Below are positions 15,497-24,000 of a stretch of DNA of 24,000 nucleotides, in pieces. The translations under genes and the position numbers were made by a program. Under the pieces are notes generated by a model, which worked only from the letters and a program-made list of their open reading frames with translations, was not told the DNA's origin and made no database searches. The stretch's first letter is position 1. Each line of letters starts with the position of its first letter. Origin of the DNA: Photobacterium sp. Hal280 (lineage in GTDB: Bacteria; Pseudomonadota; Gammaproteobacteria; Enterobacterales; Vibrionaceae); assembly GCF_037162255.1 (NCBI RefSeq), contig NZ_JARLUO010000005.1, positions 990,680-1,014,679 on the forward strand. Direction: 5' to 3'.

Positions 15497-17143
15497 ATGG
15501 CGATCCATCCTCGTGCCGGGCAGCAAGCCCGGCAAGAAGACATGCATAACATTCCGGCTCTTGTGGCCAATTATTTTCTGATTGAACCCGATGCCTCCAA
15601 TGTTGCCCAGCGTGTTGCGTTCGGCACCTCTGGCCATCGTGGCTGTGCCGATAAGGGAACCTTCAATCAACATCATATCTGGGCAATCGCTCAGGCTGTT
15701 GCTGATGTTCGCCGCGAGCAAGGTGTTACCGGACCTCTGTTTTTAGGGAAAGATACGCACGCCTTGTCTGAACCGGCGTTGCTTTCTGCTCTGCAAGTGC
15801 TGGTGGCCAATGACGTGAATGTGGTACTGCAGGCGGAGCAGGGTTACACACCCACGCCGGGTATTTCTCATGCCATTCTGACATTTAACCTCTGTCATGC
15901 TGAGAAGGCCGACGGCATTGTGATTACGCCTTCACATAATCCTCCGCAGGATGGTGGCATTAAATATAATCCGCCTCATGGTGGGCCGGCTGAAGGGGCC
16001 ATTACCACAGCCATTGAAAACCGGGCCAACCAGTTGATTGCCGAAGGCTTAGCGTCAGTGAAGCGGGTGAGCGTTTCTGAGGCCTTGTCCAGTCACTTTG
16101 TGACGGAGCAGGATTTAGTCAAGCCCTATGTGGCTGATCTTGTAAATGTCATCGACATGGCTGCGATTCAAAAAGCTAAGCTGAAGCTGGCCGTCGATCC
16201 ATTGGGCGGATCCGGGATTGCATACTGGCGCGAGATAGGGCGCCACTATAACCTGGACTTAACTCTGGTCGATGAGTCTGTGGATCCGGCGTTCCGCTTT
16301 ATGAGCCTGGACAAAGACGGCGTGGTGCGGATGGATTGCTCGTCACCTTATGCCATGGCTGGCTTGCTGGCGCATAAAGACAGTTATGATCTGGCTTTTG
16401 GTAATGACCCTGATTTTGACCGCCACGGTATTGTGACGCCGGCCGGCCTGATGAATCCAAACCATTTCCTTGCGGTGTGCATCGACTATTTGTATCGTCA
16501 TCGTCCTGAGTGGAATGACAAAGTAGCCGTGGGCAAAACACTGGTTTCCAGTGCGATCATTGACCGCGTTGTGGCTGATCTGGGACGTGAGCTGTGTGAA
16601 GTGCCTGTGGGTTTCAAGTGGTTTGTTGATGGCCTGTACAGTGGTGAGCTTGGCTTTGGCGGTGAAGAAAGTGCGGGTGCATCCTTTCTGCGAAAGGACG
16701 GTACACCCTGGTCAACCGATAAAGACGGTATTTTGCTCTGCCTGTTAGCGGCAGAAATCACTGCGGTGACAGGTATGAACCCGCAGCAGTATTACCAGAC
16801 CTTAACCGAAAAGCATGGTGAGTGCCGTTACAGCCGATTGCAGGCTGTGGCAAACAGCGCACAAAAAGCCGTGTTGACCAAACTGTCTCCTGAAATGGTG
16901 CAGGCTGACACATTGGCTGGTGATACCATTACTGCCCGTCTGACCCATGCGCCAGGCAATGGTGCTGCAATCGGTGGGTTGAAAATTACCACTGAGAATG
17001 GTTGGTTTACGGCGCGACCTTCAGGTACTGAAGAGATTTACAAGATCTACTGTGAAAGCTTCAAAGGTGACGCACATCTTCGCCAGATAGAAGATGAAGC
17101 GCAGAAGATTGTCAGTGACGTCTTTTCAAACGCTGGTCTGTAA
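15497..17143 (+). CDS. pgm: Phosphoglucomutase (alpha-D-phosphohexomutase family)
   Basis: MAIHPRAGQ... equals the E. coli Pgm N-terminus (MAIHNRAGQ). Phosphoserine loop [18 protein letters not shown] metal loop, GGEESAG. The start is set to ATG 15497 (SD AAGGA 15485-15489, 7-nt spacer) rather than the track TTG 15476. It lies 41 nt after seqA, consistent with a seqA-pgm operon as in E. coli. Confidence 0.96.
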   Translation: MAIHPRAGQQARQEDMHNIPALVANYFLIEPDASNVAQRVAFGTSGHRGCADKGTFNQHHIWAIAQAVADVRREQGVTGPLFLGKDTHALSEPALLSALQVLVANDVNVVLQAEQGYTPTPGISHAILTFNLCHAEKADGIVITPSHNPPQDGGIKYNPPHGGPAEGAITTAIENRANQLIAEGLASVKRVSVSEALSSHFVTEQDLVKPYVADLVNVIDMAAIQKAKLKLAVDPLGGSGIAYWREIGRHYNLDLTLVDESVDPAFRFMSLDKDGVVRMDCSSPYAMAGLLAHKDSYDLAFGNDPDFDRHGIVTPAGLMNPNHFLAVCIDYLYRHRPEWNDKVAVGKTLVSSAIIDRVVADLGRELCEVPVGFKWFVDGLYSGELGFGGEESAGASFLRKDGTPWSTDKDGILLCLLAAEITAVTGMNPQQYYQTLTEKHGECRYSRLQAVANSAQKAVLTKLSPEMVQADTLAGDTITARLTHAPGNGAAIGGLKITTENGWFTARPSGTEEIYKIYCESFKGDAHLRQIEDEAQKIVSDVFSNAGL

Positions 17144-17159
17144 GCCGTATCCGTTTGAC

Positions 17160-17188
17160 AACCCGTAGCCTTTGCTGCGGGTTTTTTA
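17160..17188 (+). terminator. Rho-independent terminator of seqA-pgm
   Basis: Stem ACCCGTAGC (17161-17169) / GCTGCGGGT (17174-17182) with one G-U pair, loop CTTT, T6 run 17182-17187. Confidence 0.8.
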
Positions 17189-17214
17189 TTGCTCATTATT
17201 TGGTCATTGAATCG

Positions 17215-18048
17215 TTACGGCGTCGACAGCCGATCATGCTGATGCCTGTCGCGGTTGTGTAGGGGCCAGTGGTCAGGAACAATGAACCAGACCTGATTAT
17301 CTTCAGCAATACCTTGGGTCGGAACCGTGATAGCCGAAGGTACCATCAGCGCAGGCATTGATGAATAACAGGGTGGGGTTAACCAATCTCGCTTGGTGAG
17401 GATTTTTAACGATAATTCTTCAGCCTGACTCTGGAAACACCAAAGTCCTTTATTCACATCAGGATTGATGGGTAAGGCGGAACCTGATTCTTCATTCCGG
17501 AAGTGATCGAAAAGTCTCCCCTGTACAATCAGTCGCTGACAGGAAGGCTGACCCAGCGATTTGGCATACTGATCTTTGTAAGCCTGATGCTGAGTCATTG
17601 CCAACTGGTGCTGAACCATTTTGTTGATCTTATTATCCAGATTATCCGCTGAGTTTGGCCCCAGCCATCGCTGTTGATAGGCCAGATAAAATTTAATGGC
17701 CACTTCCCAGTGTTCTAATTGGCCAGACTGTTTATTGAACACCAGAAAATCAATGGCACCCAGCGTACGTTTTGCTTCGTGCAGCTGTATCTCTTCTCCG
17801 ATAAGTTCAAAATCGGGGTGGTGGCTGATGAGCTGCTGCCACAGCCACTGGTAATAAAATCCGAGTCTTTGGTTGCCGTCGTAATGCGCATCTGCCGGGA
17901 TGATTGCTTTTTCTCTGAACCTGCCCAACCACTCATCATTGATCTGATGGTCGACACCTTGTGTCAACACCGGCATCTCCAGCACATTGCGAAAATGCCT
18001 GATATTATCGTTGTGTTCTTTTGTTACATTTTCGTTGATATTATTCAT
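17215..18048 (-). CDS. Uncharacterised protein with PD-(D/E)xK-like signature (DUF1853-like, from memory)
   Basis: 277-aa ORF with ordinary codon usage, bounded by terminator and promoter regions. Core ...EEIQLHEAKRTLGAIDFLVFNKQSGQLEHWEVAIKFYLAY... gives D-x14-E-x3-K on alternating hydrophobic strands. No SD before ATG 18048, so the start is uncertain. Confidence 0.75.
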   Translation of the reverse strand: MNNINENVTKEHNDNIRHFRNVLEMPVLTQGVDHQINDEWLGRFREKAIIPADAHYDGNQRLGFYYQWLWQQLISHHPDFELIGEEIQLHEAKRTLGAIDFLVFNKQSGQLEHWEVAIKFYLAYQQRWLGPNSADNLDNKINKMVQHQLAMTQHQAYKDQYAKSLGQPSCQRLIVQGRLFDHFRNEESGSALPINPDVNKGLWCFQSQAEELSLKILTKRDWLTPPCYSSMPALMVPSAITVPTQGIAEDNQVWFIVPDHWPLHNRDRHQHDRLSTP

Positions 18049-18173
18049 AGAAATAAAGTCTTGATCTGCGTTTAACTTGTTTTTAACAACAAAATCTCAA
18101 ATAAAAAGTAGTAAAATTTCAAAAATGCGCTAAAGTATAGAGGTATGACCAGTTGATTGCTCAGGAGGCTATC

Positions 18174-18380
18174 ATGTTCACCCCTTTATCTGCTCAACAA
18201 ATTATTGTGCGCCGGACCTGTGTTGTGATTGCAGGCGTACTGAGTTTTCCGGTGATGGTATTTATGCCTAGGTCTGTAAAATCACGTGTTTATAGTTATC
18301 TGCATAAAGTCTGGTTGAAAACCAGTACCAAGCCAGTTTGGTTGCAGCACTCTGAACAAGGTGCACAAGAGCTATATTGA
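18174..18380 (+). CDS. ybfA: Small membrane protein YbfA-like (DUF2517)
   Basis: 68 aa from ATG 18174 (SD AGGAGG 18163-18168, 5-nt spacer); the track used TTG 18153. RRTCVVIAGVLSFPVMVF...VYSYLHKVWLKTSTKPVWL matches my recollection of E. coli YbfA (RRTYAVAAGVLALPFMLF...FYSYLHRVWSKTSDKPVWM), same length. E. coli ybfA also lies between pgm and ybgI. Confidence 0.72.
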   Translation: MFTPLSAQQIIVRRTCVVIAGVLSFPVMVFMPRSVKSRVYSYLHKVWLKTSTKPVWLQHSEQGAQELY

Positions 18381-18417
18381 ATCAGCCGTCAATGAGTAGC
18401 TTACTGGTAACACAGAT

Positions 18418-18445
18418 GAAATGCTGCCTTTGGCAGCATTTTTTG
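18418..18445 (+). terminator. Rho-independent terminator of the ybfA-like gene
   Basis: ATGCTGCC (18421-18428) / GGCAGCAT (18432-18439), loop TTT, T-run to 18444. Confidence 0.8.
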
Positions 18446-18545
18446 TCGCTATTTATTCGTTTAATGCTCCCGCTTTTTCGTTCCTGCTGGTTCTGTTGCG
18501 CCCGAGTTGGTTAAAATACCAGTAACAGCTCAAAAGGAAGCAAGC

Positions 18546-19304
18546 ATGAACAACCTCAAACTTGAATCATTGTTAAACACATTACTGAGCCCGCACTTAA
18601 TCAGAGATTACTGTCCGAATGGTCTGCAAGTCGAAGGCCGCAGCGAAGTTCAAAAAATTGTAACCGGTGTGACGGCTTGTCAGGCATTAATTGATCAAGC
18701 CATTGAAATGAAAGCCGATGCTTTGCTGGTCCATCACGGTTACTTTTGGAAAAATGAACCTTCGGAAATTCGCGGGATGAAATACCGGCGAATTAAAGCA
18801 TTGATCGAAAATGGCATTAATCTCTATGCCTATCATTTGCCTTTGGATGTCCATCCGGAACTGGGAAATAATGCCCAGCTTGCTGATCAATTAGGCATAA
18901 AGCATTTGGGTGGGCTGGAGCCTGGCAATGCGCACCCTGTTGCGGTCTACGGAGAATTCCCAACGGCGCTTAGCGGCGAGCAACTCGCTGCCCGTATCGA
19001 GAAGGTGCTCCATCGCAAACCTTTACATATTGGCGAAGGCGGGCCTGCTCTGATCAAAACCGTGGGTTGGTGTACCGGCGGCGGTCAGGATTTTATCGAT
19101 CTCGCTGTTGCGCAGGGACTGGATGCCTATATTACAGGTGAGGTGTCAGAGCGGACGGTCCATACGGCGCGAGAGCAGGGCATTCATTTCTTCAGTGCTG
19201 GGCATCATGCGACGGAGAGGTACGGTGTAGAAGCGCTGGGTGAGTGGCTGGCCGATGAGCATCATTTCGATGTCACTTTTGTGGATATTGATAATCCGGT
19301 GTAA
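18546..19304 (+). CDS. ybgI: NIF3-family dinuclear-metal protein YbgI (GTP cyclohydrolase 1 type 2 homologue)
   Basis: 252 aa from ATG 18546 (SD AAGGA 18534-18538). DYCPNGLQVEG, LLVHHGYFWK, HLPLDVHPELGNNAQLA and SAGHHATERYG are colinear with E. coli YbgI. The track start, TTG 18507, adds 13 residues with no homology. Confidence 0.93.
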   Translation: MNNLKLESLLNTLLSPHLIRDYCPNGLQVEGRSEVQKIVTGVTACQALIDQAIEMKADALLVHHGYFWKNEPSEIRGMKYRRIKALIENGINLYAYHLPLDVHPELGNNAQLADQLGIKHLGGLEPGNAHPVAVYGEFPTALSGEQLAARIEKVLHRKPLHIGEGGPALIKTVGWCTGGGQDFIDLAVAQGLDAYITGEVSERTVHTAREQGIHFFSAGHHATERYGVEALGEWLADEHHFDVTFVDIDNPV

Positions 19305-19323
19305 TCCGGTGAATCACCCGATC

Positions 19324-19355
19324 AAAAAAGGTTGAGCATCAGCTCAACCTTTTTA
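19324..19355. terminator. Bidirectional terminator between convergent ybgI and gltA
   Basis: A6-GGTTGAGC-ATCA-GCTCAACC-T5 (stem 19329-19337 / 19342-19350). Confidence 0.85.
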
Positions 19356-19389
19356 TTCTTTATATCAGTAAGCTATAAATGACTCACAA

Positions 19390-20679
19390 TCACTCACGTT
19401 CGTGAAGCGGTTGGAAATCGCGTTGCTGATGACCGGTATACAGCTGACGCGGACGACCGATACGGTTGTTTGGATCACTGTGCATTTCATTCCAGTGTGC
19501 GATCCAGCCGATAGTACGAGACATTGCAAAGATAACAGTAAACATAGAAATTGGGATACCAATCGCTTTCAGAATGATACCTGAGTAGAAGTCTACGTTC
19601 GGGTACAGTTTCTTCTCTACAAAGTACTCGTCAGACAGGGCAATACGTTCCAGCTCCATCGCAACATCCAGCAGTGGATCCTGGATTTTCAGCTCTTGCA
19701 GCACTTCGTGACACGCTTCACGCATCACGGTTGCACGTGGGTCATAGTTCTTGTACACACGGTGACCGAAGCCCATCAGACGGAACGGATCATCTTTGTC
19801 TTTGGCTCGTTCGATGAACTCTGGGATATTCTCCACGCTGCCAATCTCTTCAAGCATGCGCAGACAGGCTTCATTGGCACCACCGTGAGCAGGGCCCCAA
19901 AGCGAAGCGATACCAGCTGCAATACACGCAAACGGGTTAGCACCTGAAGAACCTGCCAGACGTACGGTAGAGGTAGACGCATTCTGCTCATGATCGGCGT
20001 GCAGGGTAAAGATTTTATCCATAGCACGAGCGACAACCGGGCTGACTTCATACTCTTCACATGGCGTTGCAAACATCATGTGCAGGAAGTTTTCAGCGTA
20101 ATCCAGATCGTTACGAGGGTAGATGAACGGCTGACCAATAGAGTACTTGTAGCACATTGAAGCCAGAGTCGGCATTTTTGACAGCAGGCGGAATGCAGTG
20201 ATTTCGCGGTGCTCGTCGTTATTGATGTCCAGTGAATCATGGTAGAAGGCTGCCAGTGCACCAACAACACCACACATGACTGCCATTGGGTGAGCATCGC
20301 GACGGAAACCGTGGAAAAAGCTTGCGATTTGCTCATGCACCATCGTATGGCGGGTTACAGTTTTGCGGAATTGCTCGTACTGGGCGCGGGTAGGAACTTC
20401 GCCGTACAGCAGAATGTAACAGACTTCTAAATAATCAGCGTTATTAGCTAATTGGTCGATTGGATAGCCACGGTGAAGCAGCACACCTTTCGCACCATCA
20501 ATGAAAGTTATTTGAGATTCACATGATGCAGTAGCTAAGAAACCTGGGTCGAAAGTGAAGTAGCCAGATGCGCCGAGTTTACGAACATCCAGTACTTCTG
20601 GACCTAGTGAGCCCCCGAGAATCGGCAGTTCGACCGGTGCTTTCCCTTCAATGTGAAGAGTAGCTTTCTTGTCTGCCAT
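19390..20679 (-). CDS. gltA: Citrate synthase (type II)
   Basis: 429 aa. [21 protein letters not shown]...[22 protein letters not shown]...[14 protein letters not shown] is near-identical to E. coli GltA. SD AAGGAG lies 6 nt upstream of the ATG. Confidence 0.97.
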   Translation of the reverse strand: MADKKATLHIEGKAPVELPILGGSLGPEVLDVRKLGASGYFTFDPGFLATASCESQITFIDGAKGVLLHRGYPIDQLANNADYLEVCYILLYGEVPTRAQYEQFRKTVTRHTMVHEQIASFFHGFRRDAHPMAVMCGVVGALAAFYHDSLDINNDEHREITAFRLLSKMPTLASMCYKYSIGQPFIYPRNDLDYAENFLHMMFATPCEEYEVSPVVARAMDKIFTLHADHEQNASTSTVRLAGSSGANPFACIAAGIASLWGPAHGGANEACLRMLEEIGSVENIPEFIERAKDKDDPFRLMGFGHRVYKNYDPRATVMREACHEVLQELKIQDPLLDVAMELERIALSDEYFVEKKLYPNVDFYSGIILKAIGIPISMFTVIFAMSRTIGWIAHWNEMHSDPNNRIGRPRQLYTGHQQRDFQPLHERE

Positions 20680-20731
20680 AACAATCTCCTTTGTTATTTT
20701 ATAATCCTAATCCGAAATCGGATGTGCCGTC

Positions 20732-20760
20732 TTTGTACAGCTCGGTCATGTTGTTGTCAA
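20732..20760 (-). promoter_or_regulatory. Candidate gltA sigma70 promoter
   Basis: The minus strand reads TTGACA (20760-20755, perfect) /17 nt/ TACAAA (20737-20732). The implied 5' UTR is about 45 nt. Confidence 0.5.
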
Positions 20761-20849
20761 TTCCTCTTATCGGGAGTGTGCGCTTGTTAATAACTTTAAG
20801 TAAAAGCGGGTCAATATCTCAAACCGTGTTAGAGGTCATGTAACGGGGT

Positions 20850-20878
20850 TTGTAATTGATTGTTGCGAGGCGTATACT
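20850..20878 (+). promoter_or_regulatory. Candidate sdhCDAB sigma70 promoter
   Basis: TTGTAA (20850-20855) /17 nt/ TATACT (20873-20878). The implied leader is about 210 nt to the sdhC start. It sits back-to-back with the gltA promoter. Confidence 0.45.
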
Positions 20879-21096
20879 CGGCCGCAGGTCTCTGGTTCTG
20901 CCATCGCCAGAAACAATGATAAAGTTATTAGTAATATTAGCGACTTAGCTGAAACGACTTTTGCTTTGCTGTACATACACTTGTGCTATGTAAATGTAGC
21001 ATAGTTGTTGTGCCTTTGTTGCGCTTGTTTTGGCGTACGCATACCGGAGGTTTTATAAAAATAAAACGCTTCTATGGAGCTGAGTGGGCAAAGACC

Positions 21097-21477
21097 GTGA
21101 AAGTTAACAAGCCAAGACCTGTCAACCTCGACCTACAGACGATACGCTTTCCGCTGACTGCGATTTCGTCAATCCTGCACCGTGTATCGGGCGTGATCAC
21201 ATTTGTTTCCCTTGCCATCCTGCTGTGGCTACTGAACCTGTCTCTTTCCTCTCCCCAAGGATTTGCTGAAGCCGCTGACATCGTTGACAGCTTCTTTGTC
21301 AAATTTATCCTCTGGGGTGTGCTGACAGCACTCTTCTATCACATTGTTTTGGGTATCCGTCACCTGATCATGGATATGGGATACTTTGAAGAGCTGGAAT
21401 CTGGCACCACAAGTGCGAAAATCAGTTTTGCAATTGTGGCGGTTCTGTCTGTGTTTGCAGGAGGCCTGGTATGGTAA
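21097..21477 (+). CDS. sdhC: Succinate dehydrogenase cytochrome b556 subunit
   Basis: ...[32 protein letters not shown]...[28 protein letters not shown]... is colinear with E. coli SdhC (129 aa). The start is set to the only in-frame start codon near the homology boundary, GTG 21097 (126 aa). The 38 extra codons of track ORF 20983.. have no homology. The exact start is moderately uncertain. Confidence 0.88.
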   Translation: MKVNKPRPVNLDLQTIRFPLTAISSILHRVSGVITFVSLAILLWLLNLSLSSPQGFAEAADIVDSFFVKFILWGVLTALFYHIVLGIRHLIMDMGYFEELESGTTSAKISFAIVAVLSVFAGGLVW

Positions 21478-21818
21478 GCAATGTTTCATCCATTGGACGT
21501 AATGGTGTTCACGACTTTATTCTGATTCGTGCAACCGCAATTATCCTCACTCTTTATACCATTTATATGGTGTGCTTTTTCGCTTTTGGCCCTGAGCTGA
21601 ATTTTGAAACCTGGACAGCGTTCTTTTCAAAACTAAGCACCAAAGTCTTTACTATGCTGGCGTTGGCCTCCGTTCTGATTCACGGTTGGATCGGCATGTG
21701 GCAGGTACTGACTGACTACATTAAACCTGCCTTTTTACGTGCAGGTCTGATGTTTGCAATTGTTGCTGTGCTTTTTGTTTATCTGTTATCTGGTTTCTTT
21801 ATTGTGTGGGGTGCGTAA
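21471..21818 (+). CDS. sdhD: Succinate dehydrogenase hydrophobic membrane anchor subunit
   Basis: 115 aa. [34 protein letters not shown]...[16 protein letters not shown] matches E. coli SdhD (same length). The ATG overlaps the sdhC stop (ATGGTAA). Confidence 0.96.
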   Translation: MVSNVSSIGRNGVHDFILIRATAIILTLYTIYMVCFFAFGPELNFETWTAFFSKLSTKVFTMLALASVLIHGWIGMWQVLTDYIKPAFLRAGLMFAIVAVLFVYLLSGFFIVWGA

Positions 21819-23585
21819 GTGAGCATTGCAGTTCGAGAGTTTGATGCCGTAGTAATCGGCGCTGGTGGTGCAGGTATGCGTGCTGCACTACAAATTTCTG
21901 AGCAGGGCCTGAAATGTGCTTTGCTGTCTAAAGTGTTCCCTACCCGTTCTCACACCGTATCTGCGCAGGGTGGTATCACAGTTGCGTTAGGTAACTCGCA
22001 TCCGGATAACTGGGAATGGCACATGTACGACACGGTAAAAGGGTCGGACTATATCGGTGACCAGAATGCCATCGAATACATGTGTAAAAATGGCCCGCAG
22101 TCAGTCATTGAACTTGAAAAAATGGGTCTGCCTTTTTCCCGTTTTGATAATGGTCGTATTTACCAGCGTCCGTTTGGTGGCCAGTCGAAAGAGTTCGGTG
22201 GCGAGCAGGCCGCACGTACAGCCGCAGCGGCAGACCGTACCGGTCACGCCTTGCTGCACACTCTGTACCAGCAAAATGTGAAGCATAAGACGACGATTTT
22301 CTCCGAGTGGTATGCGCTGGATCTGGTGAAAAACCAGGACGGAGCCATTCTGGGCTGTACCGCGCTGTGCATGGAAACCGGTGAAGTCTGTTACTTCAAA
22401 TCCAAAGCCACAATCCTGGCAACCGGTGGTGCCGGCCGCATCTATCAGTCAACCACGAACGCACACATTAATACCGGTGACGGTGTCGGTATGGCACTGC
22501 GTGCGGGTGTGCCCATGCAGGATATCGAAATGTGGCAGTTCCACCCAACCGGTATTGCCGGTGCTGGTGTACTGGTTACTGAAGGTTGTCGTGGCGAAGG
22601 TGGTTACCTGCTGAATAAAGACGGTGAGCGTTTCATGGAACGTTATGCACCGAACGCGAAAGACCTGGCGGGCCGCGACGTTGTTGCCCGTTCGATGATG
22701 GTAGAAATCCGTGAAGGCCGCGGTTGCGATGGCCCATGGGGACCACACATTAAACTGAAACTGGATCACCTGGGTAAAGATGTTCTCGAGTCTCGTTTGC
22801 CGGGTATCCTGGAACTGTCTCGCACCTTCGCACACGTCGATCCGGTGAAAGAGCCGATTCCTGTGATTCCAACCTGTCACTACATGATGGGCGGTGTGCC
22901 GACTCAGGTTTCCGGACAAGCGATTAAGCAAAACGCAAATGGCCAGGACGAAGAAGTTCAGGGTCTGTTTGCCTGTGGTGAAATTGCTTCAGTTTCTGTC
23001 CATGGTGCGAACCGCCTGGGCGGCAACTCCCTGCTTGACCTGGTTGTATTTGGTCGTGCGACCGGCTTGCATCTGGGTGAAACCTTAGCGGCTCAGGCAG
23101 AAGCGCGTCCGGCAACAGAATCAGACATTGAAGCTTCTCTGACGCGTCTGAACCGTTGGAACAGCACGCAAAAAGGCGAAGATCCGGTACAAATCCGTAA
23201 AGATCTGCAATCTTGCATGCAAAACAACTTCTCGGTATTCCGTGAAGGCGAAGCCATGGCTGAAGGTTTGAGCCAGCTGAAAGAAATTCGCGAGCGATTG
23301 AAAGAAGCACGTCTGGATGATACCTCCAGCGAATTCAACACCCAGCGTATCGAGTGTCTGGAACTGGATAACCTGATGGAAACCGCCTATGCGACGGCAG
23401 TAGCGGCGAACTACCGCACAGAAAGCCGTGGTGCTCACGCCCGTTTCGACTTCCCAGAGCGTGATGATGAAAACTGGCTGTGCCATTCTATTTACAACCC
23501 GGAGACAGAGCAGATGTCTAAGCGTGATGTAAATATGACACCCGTACATCGTGACGCATTCCCGCCTAAAGCGCGGACTTACTAA
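21819..23585 (+). CDS. sdhA: Succinate dehydrogenase flavoprotein subunit
   Basis: 588 aa, the same length as E. coli Sdh[24 protein letters not shown] fold; [10 protein letters not shown] carrying the covalent-FAD His; [21 protein letters not shown]. The GTG start directly abuts the sdhD TAA. Confidence 0.98.
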   Translation: MSIAVREFDAVVIGAGGAGMRAALQISEQGLKCALLSKVFPTRSHTVSAQGGITVALGNSHPDNWEWHMYDTVKGSDYIGDQNAIEYMCKNGPQSVIELEKMGLPFSRFDNGRIYQRPFGGQSKEFGGEQAARTAAAADRTGHALLHTLYQQNVKHKTTIFSEWYALDLVKNQDGAILGCTALCMETGEVCYFKSKATILATGGAGRIYQSTTNAHINTGDGVGMALRAGVPMQDIEMWQFHPTGIAGAGVLVTEGCRGEGGYLLNKDGERFMERYAPNAKDLAGRDVVARSMMVEIREGRGCDGPWGPHIKLKLDHLGKDVLESRLPGILELSRTFAHVDPVKEPIPVIPTCHYMMGGVPTQVSGQAIKQNANGQDEEVQGLFACGEIASVSVHGANRLGGNSLLDLVVFGRATGLHLGETLAAQAEARPATESDIEASLTRLNRWNSTQKGEDPVQIRKDLQSCMQNNFSVFREGEAMAEGLSQLKEIRERLKEARLDDTSSEFNTQRIECLELDNLMETAYATAVAANYRTESRGAHARFDFPERDDENWLCHSIYNPETEQMSKRDVNMTPVHRDAFPPKARTY

Positions 23586-23598
23586 GGGAGGTAACAAC

Positions 23599-24000
23599 AT
23601 GAAACTGAATTTTTCGATTTACCGTTATAACCCTGATGTAGATAACGCGCCGCACATGAAAGGGTATACGCTGGAAGTGCCGGAAGGCTCCGACATGATG
23701 GTTCTGGATGCCCTGATTTTGCTGAAAGAGCAGGATCCGTCGCTGTCTTTCCGCCGTTCATGCCGTGAGGGTGTTTGCGGTTCTGATGGTATCAACATGA
23801 ATGGTAAGAACGGCCTGGCCTGTATTACTCCATTATCAGCGTTGATGAATCAGAAAACGATTGTGATTCGTCCGTTGCCGGGTTTGCCTGTCATTCGAGA
23901 CCTGATCATTGATATGGAGCAGTTCTACACCAACTATGCCAAGGTGAAGCCGTTCCTGATCAATGACAGCGAGCACCCGCCTGCGCGGGAAAACCTGCAG
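23599..24000 (+). CDS. sdhB: Succinate dehydrogenase iron-sulfur subunit, 5' portion (runs off the window)
   Basis: Absent from the ORF track because no stop is reached. ATG 23599 is preceded by SD GGGAGG (23586-23591). MKLNFSIYRYNPDVDNAPHMKGYTLE...SFRRSCREGVCGSDGINMNGKNGLACI (2Fe-2S Cys motif) matches E. coli SdhB. The frame is open to nt 24000 (134 codons). Confidence 0.96.
   Translation, partial: MKLNFSIYRYNPDVDNAPHMKGYTLEVPEGSDMMVLDALILLKEQDPSLSFRRSCREGVCGSDGINMNGKNGLACITPLSALMNQKTIVIRPLPGLPVIRDLIIDMEQFYTNYAKVKPFLINDSEHPPARENLQ

Noticed and set aside
18399-18525. 9-bp inverted repeat TTACTGGTA / TACCAGTAA flanking the ybfA terminator and the ybgI promoter region.
   Set aside because: With a separation of about 110 nt and arms of only 9 bp, many such pairs are expected by chance in a window this size.
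20983-21096. 38-codon N-terminal extension of sdhC in the ORF track (MLCKCSIVVVPLLRLFWRTHTGGF...).
   Set aside because: It has no similarity to SdhC, whose homology starts at KPRPVNLDL. The extension would begin inside the predicted leader, and it reflects only the absence of an in-frame stop.
22449-23600. Minus-strand ORFs of 160, 128, 82 and 159 aa antisense to sdhA.
   Set aside because: These are shadow ORFs within near-identical SdhA coding sequence, with atypical composition and no signals.
1-24000. The hypothesis that the window hides a defence island, mobile element or other novel multi-gene system.
   Set aside because: Every large ORF has a clear housekeeping identity in conserved enterobacterial/vibrio order. 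There is no integrase, transposase, tRNA attachment site, flanking direct repeat, CRISPR-like periodicity or compositional shift. The unknown genes are single, small and dispersed.

Overview
This window is a densely coding, syntenic core-genome segment of a gamma-proteobacterium. The Fur, IICB-only NagE, SeqA and FldA sequences look Vibrionaceae-like, but the taxon is inference. Gene order (> plus strand, < minus strand): gnd (3' part) > | < asnB | < Kef-type CPA2 cation/H+ antiporter | < nagC < nagA < nagB | nagE > | glnS > | < fur | hot-dog-fold protein > | < fldA | < small 2-TM protein | < ybfF | seqA > pgm > | < DUF1853-like orphan | ybfA-like > | ybgI > | < gltA | sdhC > sdhD > sdhA > sdhB (5' part). 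That is 23 CDSs and eight good Rho-independent terminators, several of them bidirectional between convergent genes. The control regions are readable: a CRP site plus a NagC-type operator between nagE and nagB, and back-to-back gltA/sdhC promoters. I see no tRNA, rRNA, CRISPR array, IS/transposase, integrase, phage gene, long repeat or compositional break. Nothing supports an accessory island or a novel multi-gene system here, and claiming one would be unsupported. Four small or orphan genes of unknown function remain unexplained (12448-12963, 13745-13966, 17215-18048, 18174-18380). The stand-alone nuclease-fold-like ORF 17215-18048 is the best lead. There are also several regulatory oddities: GATC inside the predicted glnS -10, a possible near-leaderless uof-like uORF before fur, an opposite-strand gene splitting fldA from fur, a strong promoter embedded in the ybfF stop codon, and a ~210-nt sdhC leader. 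Several ORF-track starts were revised from homology plus SD position (glnS, nagA, seqA, pgm, ybgI, sdhC, ybfA-like, small membrane protein). Six of the 22 start codons inside the window are GTG (nagB, nagE, hot-dog gene, ybfF, sdhC, sdhA).
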